64,000 nucleotides of DNA, taken from assembly GCA_973895155.1 (NCBI GenBank), contig OZ316891.1, positions 2,677,701-2,741,700 on the forward strand, written 5' to 3'. Positions 35,901-49,100 of this stretch are shown here, one piece after another; within the stretch, counting starts at the first letter, position 1; every line of letters starts with the position of its first letter. A program made the translations under genes and the position numbers. The notes beneath the pieces were generated by a model. It ran no database searches, was not told the DNA's origin, and was given only the letters and a program-made list of their open reading frames with translations. This DNA comes from Marsupella aquatica. Its lineage: Eukaryota; Plantae; Marchantiophyta.

Positions 35901-37720
35901 GGGGCCCGGCAATTGTTCTTGAGCTCCGATCCTTTAGCCTCATTAAATCCCCTGCTTTTACGAACCCCAGAATCACGACACGGTTTGTTTGGGTCTCTGC
36001 AATTTTTCTTTGAGTGATGAAAGGCTCCCTTAGTAGAGCTGCTTTGCCTCGAGGGAATTCAGAACGCATCTCCGAGGATATCTGTGTCAGCGAGACAGTA
36101 GGCAGGTTTGGCGGGTACTAGGCTGTGCTATCCAAATCTGTTACACTACCAAGTGCGAATAATTTGAGATTTTTTAAGTTCCCCAATGCGCAGCGATGAG
36201 TAGAACTCAGTCTCGGTTGCAAGGAGCCTCCAACAGATGTGGCATCCTTCTGCCATTCGTCTAGTGTCATAGGTCAACAAGCTCAGTAAGTCAGTAGGTT
36301 AAAGTGATCCTTAAGTATTTTCTGGCATTGAATGTCATGTCGCATGCCCCGAATGTTTGGTTTGTGTCCAAATCACTCTGGACTGCCGCCAAACTCAAGT
36401 CAGAGATGGAAAACTAAGTGAGCCCACCTTGTGGCTCGTTGTGTCTTAGAATGGGACACGTCACATCGATGCCTCTGGCCGAAAGCCCGGCCGAAAGTTG
36501 CTCAGTTGATAGGTGCACATCATCACCATATTATTGTGCGAGTATGTGGAGGGGGAATGGATTCTAGCACTCGTGTAGTCGCCCCAGGAACAATTGGTCC
36601 TCGTAGAACCAACGTTTCTGAGTACTCGAAACATAAAAGCACGAACCCATAAGAAAGCCAGCAATCAATCAAATGAATTCTCGTTGAGAACTTTGCCGTG
36701 CGTAAATGTCTAGTGACCTGGAGCGCCTTTAGGCCCGTTGTTAAATCGTAGCCAGGCAGGGGCAATTGAAGCTGCCAACGAGTCTTAATTCTGGTGAGTC
36801 AGCGCGAAATGTGTCTTCATACAAGATGCCAAGTACATCCTAGACCTACCTGATGAAGCTTTGAACTGTGGCAACAGACTTAACCATGATAGAGTGGCTG
36901 CCAACGGTGATCTCAGGTAGTTATCCTCTACACCTAGACCAATACTGTCTAGCCTTGAACTAGAAATTGAAGACAAAGGGAAGCACTGACTGCTTTCTGG
37001 TCAGACTCTTACTTACTACGGGAGGAAGTAGTTCGACCTCAGTTGTTGCAAGTTTAAGGAACAGCCTTCATTGCCATTCGACCGAGCTAGCCATGTGAAC
37101 AACAGCCAGCTAGATACAACTTCATGATTGCATGTTTCTGTATATTGCACAGAGAATGGTTCGCTGGCACTCAAGTACGAAAATTCAATCGTGATCAGAG
37201 CTCATCTATGAAAGTGAAGGGAGCCTGCAATAGATAATTTGATGCAGGGACTTATAAACACTGTACATCTACTACAATCAGGAGGAGAACATACGTTGAC
37301 AATACTTCAAAAACCTTGGAATTTTCTATTCCACATAGTATGACCTTCGCCTTTCTGGTGCAGCCTTGAAATTATGAAATCTTCATGGAGTTATGCGCTG
37401 CAGTACCTACAGTACAATTATGTAGCAAAGGAATAATTTGAGGTTGGGTCGCACATAAGTCCATGCTTCGGTTCTGTACTTACAGAAATGGGCCACAATT
37501 TGTTCGCACTTGTCTAAATTCAGGGACAATTGAGCATTTTAAGGGTCTTAATGTAAATACGATGTAAGAAAGGAAACAATGTAAATCTCGAAAACAGAAG
37601 ACTTGTCTTCTGTAGTTTTCGCCAGTTGGTTTGCAGTATATTTTCCAGCCTTTGCTTCATCCAGCGCTCAAGCGGGCGATGAAGATGTAGACGGGACCGC
37701 AATTCCAAGCGTTTGTGCAT
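33000..37720 (-). pseudogene. Probable decayed LRR-ROC(-COR) Roco/TORNADO1-like gene
   Basis: Ordered minus-strand fragments: LRR-like VILCGIENSKVFEVL (~37300-37345), LDSIGLGVEDN, GLKALQVTRHLRT, LAAVQSDLDTNQT, LGNLKNLKLFAL (~36150-36187); P-loop-like RVVILGFVKAG (~35950-35982); G3-like FLLKDFGRTS*FVATLH (DFG at 35299-35307). Many stops/frameshifts. The COR part and the 3' boundary are only inferred. Confidence 0.5.
34410..34668. repeat. 3x ~80-94-bp tandem repeat
   Basis: TTTCCTATGTAAAACTGAACTAAATGCT...TTCACTCAGGCTTTA.CTCCATAACTCATGCCCACTTGGG at ~34410, 34497, 34591. Confidence 0.9.
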
Positions 37721-38414
37721 GAACCTGTCTGTCTAGCAGTGGTATGAATGCTTGATTCGTTGACTAAAAATTTCATTCCAGGTTACACGAGGCCTGTCCA
37801 GGCACAATCATGACCATTGAAGACGAGGTGAGTGACATAATGGAATTCTCATTTCGATACGGATTTTACTCCTTCTGACAGATTGATAAATCAGAAACGA
37901 TAATCTTCAATCTAGCTTGACGTCTCTGAGTGCTCAGCCTATGTGCATATCGCCTTTTGATTGATTAGTCACTTTGCATCAATGGTCTTGCCCTGCGCAT
38001 ATATACGCACCATTGTTGCAGCTGGCATTCTGCCAGGGGCACAGCGCGGCAAGTAGGTGGCAAGGAGTGCACTCATTATGTTCTCGCTGGTTCAGTTCAG
38101 CTTTTCAAATTACCCAAACTGAGGTTGTTGCTACCTAGCTACAGACTGTACATAGTTACACTCGCGTTCGTCTCGATCCTGGGACCGGATACGTATGGCC
38201 TCGGTGGAGAGAATGGACTCATTGGTCAATGGAGTGCAATAGTACATGGACGGAAACCTCAGGCTTAGACTATGAACTCCAGTTTGTCTCGATTACTGAA
38301 AGAATAATGCCACAAACAGTAGTCCCAGACTACCAGCCCATGTCTCTTGCTTCGAGGGGGGATCCAGTAATACCACTAGATTCTTTTTCAACGTGGGAAC
38401 GCATGCTGTCTCCG

Positions 38415-38510
38415 AACTGACAGTCGGTTTTAGTCCAATAAAACAGTTGCCATAGTCTGATTGAAAACTGACCGTCAATTTCAATCCAATAAAACAGTGC
38501 GTTGCCATAG
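38415..38510. repeat. 2x ~50-bp duplication AACTGAC.GTC..TTT.A.TCCAATAAAACAGT..GCCATAG
   Basis: Two units visible directly. Confidence 0.75.
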
Positions 38511-40795
38511 CTTGCGCGGGCTGATCTTCCATGTCTTGGGTGGCTGTTTGACACTGCACTCCTAAGTAAATTGATTATTTAAATGGGAAAACATGAGTTA
38601 CGAGTTACACATATATGTGAAGCAACAATTAGAGGTTCTGACTGTCTGCTCTAATTAAGATCAACAGTGCAGGTTCGTTTTCTGTTCGTATATAACGCCA
38701 GACCTTCGATCTGGAGAACCTGGGTACAGTCCATCTCGGATAATTTATGGTGGTGTCTTGTTTTCTCATGTTCCTCGGACGAGATTTTCATGTTGGGCCA
38801 GATAATTTAACTCTAGAGGCGAGTAAGGACGGTGTGACTAGTTGTCATCCAATACTGTACTGTACTCATTAGTGTGTAGACTTTCGCGCCACTGATTGAT
38901 CAGACATTGACCGTGACCACACAGACTAATTAGGCTGCCGCCCTCCTCTAGCTAGGTGCAGGCATTGTGAAAGTCGGGCGAATGTGCTCCAAAAATTTTG
39001 CGGTCTCTGTTTTCATTGGCTGTCTTCATAGTCTGCCAGGACGGTTGGAAGTCAATCAGGTGTCAACTTTTCTGCCTCCTAGGAATAGGATTGACCCCGT
39101 AATCATACCCCTTCCCCCTTCCCCCTTCCCTTGAACTATGATGCGTTTTCTTCGAAGTTTACCCAGTTTTATTATTTTTAAGGCTGTGAAACTTGCATTC
39201 GGAACATTCACTGGCATCACCAGTAAGTGTTTCGTAAATCGCAGAATCGTATATACGAAATCACAATGCATGTACTCACAAAAAGCAAGCTTATCCACGT
39301 GTACGATAGGAACTAGGGACCTGCTGCTGCTGTCTCGCTGTCTCGTTTCATTGGCGCGTAGTACTTTTCATCTGGCGGTGACTGGTTCGTTCGGTTGATC
39401 GAGGACACGCCTTCAGGAGGAACCTTGGGACTCTCAGTGGCTCCTCGGTCCAAATCTCCGAGTGACGGTATCTCGACAGTTGCAAGACAGATAACTATGG
39501 TTGTTAGAAACGCTCCAGCAATCTGGGCCGCTGCGAACCTATGTGGTGTCCTCGATCTGCAGATGTATTGGTAGAGCTAGCTAGAGCTGTGTACGAAGCT
39601 TGATTACGGTTGACTTCAAGGAATCTCTCTAGCGTGGATAGCGCCTGTTACAAAATGTTGTCCTTTAGGAGAAATAAGTTCATTTGTATCCATTGTTAGA
39701 CATGAATCCCAAGCGGACGCATGCAGAGTAAATATACGTCGGTTCTTCTAATTACCGAGGACGCACGAAAGTGTGTAATCAATTGGAGAAATCTTGCGAA
39801 GGAGTTCAATTACAGTTCACAAATTATGGAGGCTGAAATTTTACCTTTTGCAGAGCTGACGAGTTGAAGACATGATCGATGGAAGTATTCAGCTCCCCTT
39901 GCTGAATAGCTCGCAGCCAACATTTATGAATGGAGGCGTCTGTCATTCAGGAGATTGCATTTGTCAAACTTTATTACCGTAGACTAGGCTAGAGCCCGGC
40001 CTGCAAGGAAATGAAAAGACAAGCACTCACTAGGATTAATGATCACACGACCCTTCAGTCCTTCGTTGCCTAGCTCAGAGCATTAATCATCGGGAATCAT
40101 ACACGATGCATGCACAGTGGAGGACATCTTGGCAATTGGCAGTGCAGCCAGCCATTTGCATCGTTCATTCGTTCGTCAATCCATCGAAAAAAGTCTGCAT
40201 TCAATGTGCTCAGCCTTTTCTTTCGTTTCCCCTCCCAACAGTTAAGCTATAGATACCTGGGCTCTTTTTTTCCAGATTTGTGCATTCGAAATTTCGAACA
40301 TTACACTAGCAGACATATCTAAATCGTTGATGCCTTAATGGTTGCATAGCTGACAGCAAAAGTCATCGATTCAAGTGGGTTTCGTCTCGACTATCATATT
40401 TATTTACACTACAATATTCGAGCCAAATGAGCTGTACATGGAAGGCGTCTTGGGTCATGGTGTCCTGGCGTATATGCTACCAGTCGTTTGATTATAGTTC
40501 TATCTATATTTATCTATGGTACAGTTTCTGGTTTGTCAATGGCAGTGACCACCCACTGAAACATTAATTCATACTCAGAGTCCAAAGCCTGCCACCTGAC
40601 CTACTATTCTAGTGGGTACCAGCCATTTTCTGGAAATTTACGCCTAAATTTTACCTGGAAAATGCTGTGAATATAAAGAAAGACGCTCTGATTTTTCCCC
40701 TTCCATCCCCTAAATCATTACCTTGGTATTTCAGTTTGCTGCCCAATAGGGTTAGGGTGTTTGTAGTTTGGGCTCTCTTGTGCTAATGTTAGTCC

Positions 40796-41991
40796 AGGTA
40801 TATGCTTGATGTGACCCTTGCCAAAACAAATGTCCGTGATAGTCCCAACTTTTGTTTACAAACTAAGGGCCCCAGGAAAATGCTTCCAAACATTTGTTAC
40901 AAACGAAGGGCCCCAGAAAAATGCTGTTACAAACTAGGCCCCCTAAGTAGCTTCCAAACACATGTTTCTTATGTGATACCTAATTGCATGGACCATACAT
41001 TTCCCACCTCACTCCATCGTGCACCTCGCCACAGTCCACTGTGTGTATCTCTATGCTTGAATTATGTCTTCACATCATTATAGAGTTTGAGGGGATCCGT
41101 TGCTACATGATAGCGGATTTGTACAACATTTAGTCTAGTTCTTGGAGGCTAGCTAAATTTTCCCGTTAGGATTAACTCTATGTTGTCTTTGTTTCACACT
41201 TAGGCAATGTTTGAAAGTTGCAACAAAAAAGAACAGCCAAAAGTAAAAGATCCTTGGTTCCTTCCATACTTAGAAAAATTTGGGGTTTAATGTGAGATCC
41301 ACACTTGGACAAAAAAAACACCAATGTGAACCCTATTGCAACAACGTAGGTGTTGAGCATAGACAACAATCGTAACGGCAAGCCCCATGAACCATCCAAC
41401 GCACAAAAGTCGACACAGAGAAATACGTGGTTCACCTCCACATGAGGCTACGTTCAGAGGAACACACAAGAGCTTTACTGTACTCTAGGCCGACCGGCCA
41501 TACCAAACATCCACAGCACAAGCTCTCCCTATCTCTCAACTAGCTCCGTAACAATGAGCCTAAGTTCCCACTCTCCAAGCAAACACCACTTGGTTATAGA
41601 GTGTGCACAACATGACTAACCTAACCAAGTCTGTGATAAGGTTAGCCCTTAATTACGGTACAGTTGTTACTCTAGACCTAAGAGTAAATCCTAACAATAG
41701 GGATATCATGACCAACATAGGCTTCATTCCACACCAATGTGAACTGTAGGGATATCATGACCAACATAGGATTCATTCCACACTTAGACAAAAACAAAAC
41801 AAAAAAAATGTCAAAATATCAAGCAAACCGTGTGCATAAGTTGCGTGAAGCAACTTAAAGACTGAACTTTACAAGAACATCCACCACAAAAGTGTCAAAG
41901 GGGGCCTAGTTTGTAACAAAAGTTTCATAAGGGACTATCAAGGGACTATCATGTAAATTTGTTTTGGTAGGGGTCCATCAAGCATATACCT
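40796..41991. mobile_element. Non-autonomous DNA transposon with ~80-bp imperfect TIRs (MULE-like length), carrying a nested solo LTR
   Basis: Left AGGTATATGCTTGATGTGACCCTTGCCAAAACAAATGTCCGTGATAGTCCC...ACAAACTAAGGGCCCC; reverse complement of right end AGGTATATGCTTGATGGACCCCTACCAAAACAAATTTACATGATAGTCCC...ACAAACTAGGCCCC. TSD not recognisable. Confidence 0.75.
41351..41696 (-). mobile_element. Solo LTR (346 bp), same family as 20694-21037, opposite orientation
   Basis: TGTTGAG...CTAACA on the + strand; its reverse complement aligns end to end with 20694-21037. Flanks GTAGG/ATAGG (5-bp TSD, one transition). Confidence 0.9.
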
Positions 41992-44900
41992 CGTGGAGTG
42001 GAGGGCTGCCCCCTTGGAAAGAAAACAATCATTCCCTGCCCACCCCAGCCTAGCTGTGAACGTTGGAGTGCGCAGACCAAGGCATGGTGAGATTCAAAAA
42101 ATGGGCCCGGTTAGATTTGCTTCCGACCATGCCAACAGCAAACCGGTGGGAGTGCTCTTAATTAGTAGCCAGATCCAGCAGTTGTCTGTAAATATAGTGA
42201 AATTGAAGAACTCACATGCACATATACTTTCATGACTATACTTAGCAAGCAAGGAGCCAACTGAAGCTTTTCTCATTGTGAGTTCCATGGCGTACTCTGA
42301 CGCCCCCCCCACAGTACCAGAATTCTTTTGAAATCATTGGAGCCAACTGCAAACTTTGAAAGCTTGAGGGTTTCCCTAATGGCTCGCCAAAGCTATCCCA
42401 AAACTCTTTTTGCCCCTGTTTAATTGAGGGCAATGGCTAGCATATATGGAAGTGGTGGACTAGCCCCTTGGGCTTCAAATGTGACCAACGATGTGGGAGA
42501 TTTGGGAGCCAGGTATTGCAAATGGGGTACAGCCTAGTAGCATGGAATAGTGGTTTTTATTATTTAAGATCATAATTAAATTTGTAATGATCTCAATCAT
42601 TAAGTCCTGCATTAAGTTCAAAGAATGCTGTTAAGGGAGGAAGAATTGAAATCCTCCTAGTTTCCTTGTGGGGGATCTATCCCAAAACACTCAGGCAACG
42701 GATCCCCTGCAAGGAAAACCTGGGAGGCGTCTGATGGGATTGAACAATATTATACTGGTCAAGAGAATTGAACTTTACATAACTATGACATCAACAGTTG
42801 GGGAATGGAGCCAACTCAACGAGAATCTTTGTCACTTAATGCAAGAGTTGGCGAAACGTAAAGGAAGCTTCTGAGGAGATTCCAAAAGAATTACCAACCT
42901 ACCCCACATGCAACAACCCCCCCCTGCCCCCCCTGGTAAAAGAAAAATGAAAGAAAATCCCCTGGTTTACTAGCCAGACAGACACTAGCAACAAGAGTCA
43001 AACCAGAAGACTATATAAATATAAAACAAACACTAGCAACAAGGGTCAAACAGGAGACAGGATGCCAAGAAGACCCAAGAAAGGGAAAAAAATTAGGAGA
43101 ATCCCAGGAAAACAGACGAGCCCAAATGCCCAAGAGTCCCAACAACACAAAAGAACTAAAGCCCTGGCCTACTGAGCAGCAAAGTGAAAAACCATAGAAC
43201 CGAAGTGAAAACCCTGGTAGAGCTCTAAGAAAACTAGTAGAGCTGGTTAGTAAGCTGGATAGGAGTGTACGCACACGAGAAATTTGACTTGTGTCACTAA
43301 AACAAAGGGCCAAAATGTCCAATACCCTTTAGATTGATTCAAAGGGTTGGTCAAAGGCTTCCCAACCGTTCATAACATGTTCCTTACTGTTTAGATTGAC
43401 TAAACTGGTGCTCACTGACCTCACTGATCAATGCACTGAGAACCCTGCAGTACATGTTTTGTCCTTAGCCAAACGCGTTTCACAGTGCTGACTAAAAAGG
43501 CGTCAAAATGCAGGAAAAATAATATATACTGGCCCACCTACTTTGGGAAGTAAGTCGGTCACTTGGTCAATTTGTGAGCTATTCGGCATCGATCTTTGCT
43601 AAGACAGAGAGAGTACGTATGCCACGCATGGGGAGTTGTGCACAGGATCCAAAACACAGTCCGTCTGCCAAGTTACCAAGTAGATGCAATGGATTGCTCC
43701 CTCAGGATCAGCATCATTAATGGTTGTTTCTCCCCGTAGAACTGAGTGCCAGGTCTCGACTAATTATATCGACGGCCCTTGCATTTTGAGTGACAGACTG
43801 ACTGAGCCACTGGTGTGAGAAGAAAAGTGTTGGATCTCTTGCCTTTATGGCTGGCATTGTTGGAATGATCAAGTTACTCGTTAATAAGCCGGTCTTGTGG
43901 AGGACTCGGTCGCATCCTGATCATGCACGGACCGCATATAGGATGGGTTATCATCCAGATATTTTTTCTATTGAGTTGTAACTAAGGCGTCAGTGCATGC
44001 CGTTGTTCAATTTCAAAAACGCATTAAGTCGCCCAAGTTGCTGCTGCAGGCTCTGGAGTAGTAGCAATTATCAGTTTTCAGTCTAAACTCTGAAGCTGCG
44101 TTAATTTGAGCTGCTAATCATTTAGATTGATTCATTTCTTGGGAGCAATATTTCTTTGACGGATTGAACCAAGGACTTTCCTCGTGTCTTCGAGGGGTAG
44201 AGCGACTGGTTAATCCTGTATCAATTATAGAGCAGAGAGTTTCTGACGGACTACGTGACTCTTCATTCCAAACCGTTCGATCTTGAAAAGCAAGATCGCC
44301 CGACTTTGCAAATAAGCTCGTGGATCAAAGCGGGCTTCCCCAACTATCTACTGTAGTTTTTCTAACATTAAATCAGGACCATATAATGACGTCAACCCAG
44401 CAGACAACAAGTGGGGGCCCATTCACATAGGGGATCTACCAGTCCTACATGGCAAGCAATGGAGGCAGGAACGAATGAAGTGAAATGCTTGATTTGTCTA
44501 GAATTTTAGAGGTGGTCCAAACATTTCCCAACTTTGGATGTTAGTAAGGATCTGCATTTATTGTCCAAACATTTTCCGTCTTTGGCTCCTTCATTCAAGG
44601 GATTTGCGTTCGTTAAATTTATTGAAAATCTTTAGAACAAGAAGTGACGCTTCAGTGCTGTTGGTGAAAAAAGTCACCTAATATTGTTAAGCCACCCGCA
44701 TTCTGTCCCTCCTTCAATCGCCTATCAGCCTTTGCTTTACACTGCAACGCGCCATTTCAGAATTGCTTTTTACACTGCATAGTGTTGCAGGCTTCCAGCT
44801 GCTGCCAGGCAATGAAGTGTTCGATGTATATTCCTACATGTACGTAGGTACATATTCTGACTGGCATGGCTTGGAGCGGACCGTAGTAAGTTCAGATTTA

Positions 44901-45851
44901 CAACTTTACAAGCAACCAGCTGCCTCCATTCCCTGCTGTGCATGCCGTAGTCCTTTTTGGATTGCTTTGCTACAAACCACCGATCGGTAGGATAGCTTAG
45001 GCTGGCGTGGTTTGATGACGCCGCTTTCCAAGGGGGAGAGAACCCACGGATGGGAAGGCGGTTGCAAGCTAGGTGAATTCATACAACTTAGCTATCAGTA
45101 CTTATTACTTCCGTAGAACAATGCTTTGCAGTTCGTAGCTTTTAATTGGCTCGACGCCAGCCCCTTCATAAGCGCTGGCCTATATCATTCATCACCCATC
45201 TCTCGGACTGTCTCAGTCTGAATGCTGGTCTGAATCAGTTCTGCAGCTGCAGCAATTGCATTCGATCTCGTACTGCAGTTGTTATGTGGGTGGGTTCAGG
45301 AGTGCAGAGTGCTCAGGACAAGTACAGCTTCCGTTCCAGACGGGTATAGCGGTCCTCTTATATTCAAGGAGGGCGAAGCTATTTCGTTTCGACCTCTCTC
45401 ACGCGGAGATTTCATGTTCGCTGTGTGTGGCCTGCGGCTCCTGCCTAAGTGCTGCCCCGTCGAACTTGTCCACATTGCCTGCAAACTTTGCACAAATTCT
45501 TCAAGGGAGCGACCGAACAAGGTACACAAGGCTCGTTTAATTACTGCCTGGAACGCTATGCATCAGTCGGTGCAGCACACATAATGTCTTCAATTCCCAT
45601 AACTTGCTAGGAACCGGTCTCTCGATCTCTCTGAGTATCCAGAGTCTGAGTGACCCAGCTATCTCCAGTAGCTGACGTCTTCGCTTGCAGAGCAGTAGTT
45701 TAAGAGCTGTGAATAACCCAGGTTCCGGATTCTGACGACGTTGAGGGAAATTCAAACTCCAGCAGCTCAGGACTGGATAGTGTGCAGTAACCGCCTCTCA
45801 GTCAGACTATGTAAATGCACGTATCAATTCAAATTCTGCTTCCAGTTACAA

Positions 45852-45880
45852 TCTCTCTCTCTCTCTCTCTCTTCTCTCTC
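45852..45880 (+). repeat. (CT)n microsatellite in the XTH proximal promoter
   Basis: tctctctctctctctctctcttctctctc. Confidence 0.9.
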
Positions 45881-46019
45881 TTTGTCCCGGTTTTGTTGAA
45901 TCGATATGAGAGCAGTTTGCTGAGTTCACCTCTTGAATTTTCACAGCCAGGTGAGGAGGGGAGAATCTGGTAACGAGGTCGTGCCAGAGGCATCGCTGTC
46001 TACTCATCTTTTGTGCCTC

Positions 46020-46027
46020 CTATAAAG
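46020..46027 (+). promoter_or_regulatory. Probable TATA box of XTH
   Basis: CTATAAAG about 125 nt upstream of the first ATG. Confidence 0.55.
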
Positions 46028-46146
46028 GAAGGTGGGAATTTGAGGTCTCCTCCGACACAACAGGCTTCAGGCTTGGAGTTAAGTCGGACGGAACAACACA
46101 GTCAGGCAAGGAAAGAAGATACCTACGAGGAGAAGGTCTGGAGGTC

Positions 46147-49100
46147 ATGGGGGACATTCGAACCATGGGGGCTATTCGAACCAAAATGACTGCCGTTCTG
46201 CTGCTATTGTGTAGTTGCACAGGAGTCTTTTGGCGAACGGCAATCGCCCTATCGGACCCATCGACTACCTTTTACAACTACCAGGATCTGTACGAAACGC
46301 AGTGGTCCGGTAATCACATCAATGTCCTCAGCAACGGGGCGCAGGCGCAGATTGTCCTCGATTCTCAATCAGGTACTGACATACTTCGCCATCTCCCCAG
46401 CGTTCATATATGCATTGTGCCACGCAAGCTCCGATTCATTTTCAGATTCAGGCTGGTTTCATCGAGCCCTTTGAAACGTATAAATTTTTAAACACATTTT
46501 GAGCTTTGTTGGGCGTTTTTTGCAACAGTGTGACGATAACATTGCTGTGAAGAACCTGAACTTAATTTGATCTCAATTCGTGATCAATTCCATGCTTCGA
46601 AGAGGACTAGGCCGCTGGTTTAGACAGTCCTCTGTTAGGCATGGAATGGATTTTAAAAGACTGGCTTATACAGTCCTCTTTTAGGCTCAACTTTTTTCAT
46701 TTTGCCTTCATTACAGAGTCCTGAATGTCGCAATTTCTTGAGTATTTTGTCTCCAAGTCAAAGTCCGACTTCTTACCTATAGTTTGTCGATAACCATAAT
46801 TGTTTTCGTCTTCGAAGCACTCTGCACATGGCAGCATTATAAATTCTTGGCAGCTCAAAAGTCAGCTAGTTTGTCGTCACGAGTCGGTCTTCGGCGACAC
46901 ATTGTTCGTTTTAATTAAAAGATAGAAAATGCACTATTGTGACAGCTAGCTTCGTACCTCGACTGAAACACCTTTTCAGAGTCTTCGCTCTAGAGGCCAC
47001 GCGCGGATAGTCCAGAGATGAAGTACGAGAGCTTCTCATTTCTAGCTTTGTAAGTGGGGGCAGAGAATTACAATACACGATGAGACATCCAGTTCAGATG
47101 ATAGGGAGTTTGCTTCTTGCTGCTTAGTTATCTCATGGTCTGACTGACTTAACACTCGAGAACTCTCGATGGGTCGCCTTTGAACATATGAGTGGCCCCA
47201 CGACCCAATTTATGGGTACTGAAGATATCTTCGGGTGGTCGCGGATTTTTTTGATATTTTTCTCCCCAATGTTCCACGCATTGCGATCTTGTCTGGTATA
47301 CATTCAACACTTGAAACTTACTTGGGATTGGAGAAGTCATGGGCAATACTGCACTGCCCATGATTTGAGGGATTTGAGCCATTTGAGGGATTATTGCCAT
47401 TCGTAATGTATGCCATTCGTAATGATTGAGCCTAAGCGAATGCAAGGATGAGCAACCAAGGCATACATTACGAATGGCTGACTCCACTTTTTTGGAATGA
47501 GAGGGATTTGTAAGGATCTTTTTGGTTTAAGCATTGTCTGCTGCTGATCTCGGCATTCCACGTACATCCGATAGCACATCCTTGGACGCCCCAAAGATTG
47601 CGAAATAGTTTCAACTACAGTCTGAACGTGGTCAAGGGCCCTCGCATCATCTCGAGTTCCGAAAACTGTCTCCAGCTGCGGGCTAAGAAACCAGGAATTT
47701 TAGTAGATGCTTCTTCGCCACTGCAATGTGATCGAATGCTTGTAAAGTCTTGAAGGCTTGAAGGCAACGAAAGCTCGAAAATCTCGAAATTAGAGATTAC
47801 AGGTGTTGGAATCTAAGCACTTGTATCATGGCAATGGTCGTTGTATGAATGCAGGTGCTGGCTTTCAGTCGAAGAACGCGTATACGTATGGGTTTTACAG
47901 CGTTGCCATGAAGCTCGTTCCAGGCAACTCCGCAGGCACCGTCACTGCTTTCTTTGTAAGATCTACCTCTTCGTCTATCTATTCATTTACATTAATCACT
48001 GTCTCGGCCTATCACACTTTTATTGCCTCGTTCATGCATGCGTGAAGTGAATGGCTCCTTTAGTGAAACCCCAGATCAAAGGTGCAGACTGAGTTCCCAC
48101 TGAGCAAGCCTTGTCGAGTGCTATCGGGCATGGAAGATGATTGAAGTTAAATGTGACTTTCAAGCTGTTTGACAGATTATATTGATCTGTAGTTTGTAAT
48201 CTGTCGAACAGCATGAACGTGCGCACGCCCATCAGACAGAGAGCGATGAGAATGCATAGAACAGGTTTCTCGAACAATCGTGGGAAAGCTACCAGCTCAG
48301 TACTCTGACTTATGTTCTTTCTAGATCCGTCTCTTGTATGGTCTGCCCAAACGAAGGATTATGCATACGTTAACATATTGGCGTCATTTGCACACGATCT
48401 CGTAAAGTTCGCCTTCGGATCGGAGCAGAGGAATTCTGTTCCTCAACACCGGCTGGCATATCGCGTTTTCCATTGAATAAGGGAGTTTGACTACACTGAT
48501 CTCTGCAGACCGCTGTTTAATTGAAGACCTGGCCAGCTACTGCTCTACCAATTGTCTACCAATTGTCTCATTCATGATGTATGAAGGTCGTAAAGCTAGA
48601 ATTTGAGAACACCTAACTTCACTCTTAAAATCGTCGAATCGGGCGTCGAATGGACGTGCCAAATCGTTCCATGACTGTACTTGCTTGCCCCCTGGTTTAC
48701 GTTTGCACGTCAGAATCCATGTGAACCTCAGAATTCCTTAGTTACAAAGCCACGTACTGCCACTTCGAACTGGGTAAACATCTGTCCATGTACTGGAAAG
48801 GCAAGTGTACCGAACTGGTGGCCGTACTTGGCAATTTACAGTGGTCGATCAAAAATGAGGTTCTGGCCGAGCTCTGACTCTGACTGGTTACCAAAAACAC
48901 AACCACCGAGTTAGTCAATTCAATGCATTGGCTACGCTGTGAAGTTTGACATGCACTCACTTTGAGATTACACTAGACAAGGCGCCAAACCAGCTTTCAT
49001 CCCGGCTGTGGTATATATGCGGAGGAACTTAATCTAAATGAAGGCGTCTCATTTTCGTGAATTTGCAGCTATCGTCCGGGGGAAGTTATCATGACGAGAT

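Noticed and set aside
42000-43320. Possible LINE 3' remnants here, at 32340-32860 and at 62716-63300
   Set aside because: Only faint hints (WIWLLIKSTPTG, A-rich tails); no RT motif or TSD found.
47423-47432. TGATTGAGCC matches the 5' end of miR171; AGGCTTCATTCC at 41719 matches part of miR166
   Set aside because: Only 10-12 nt match, the remainder diverges, and neither lies in a suitable stem.
47400-47474. TTCGTAATGTATGC / GCATACATTACGAA resembles the loxP spacer and part of an arm
   Set aside because: Lacks the ATAAC ends, has a 2-nt gap and no second arm around the spacer; no vector context. Coincidental.
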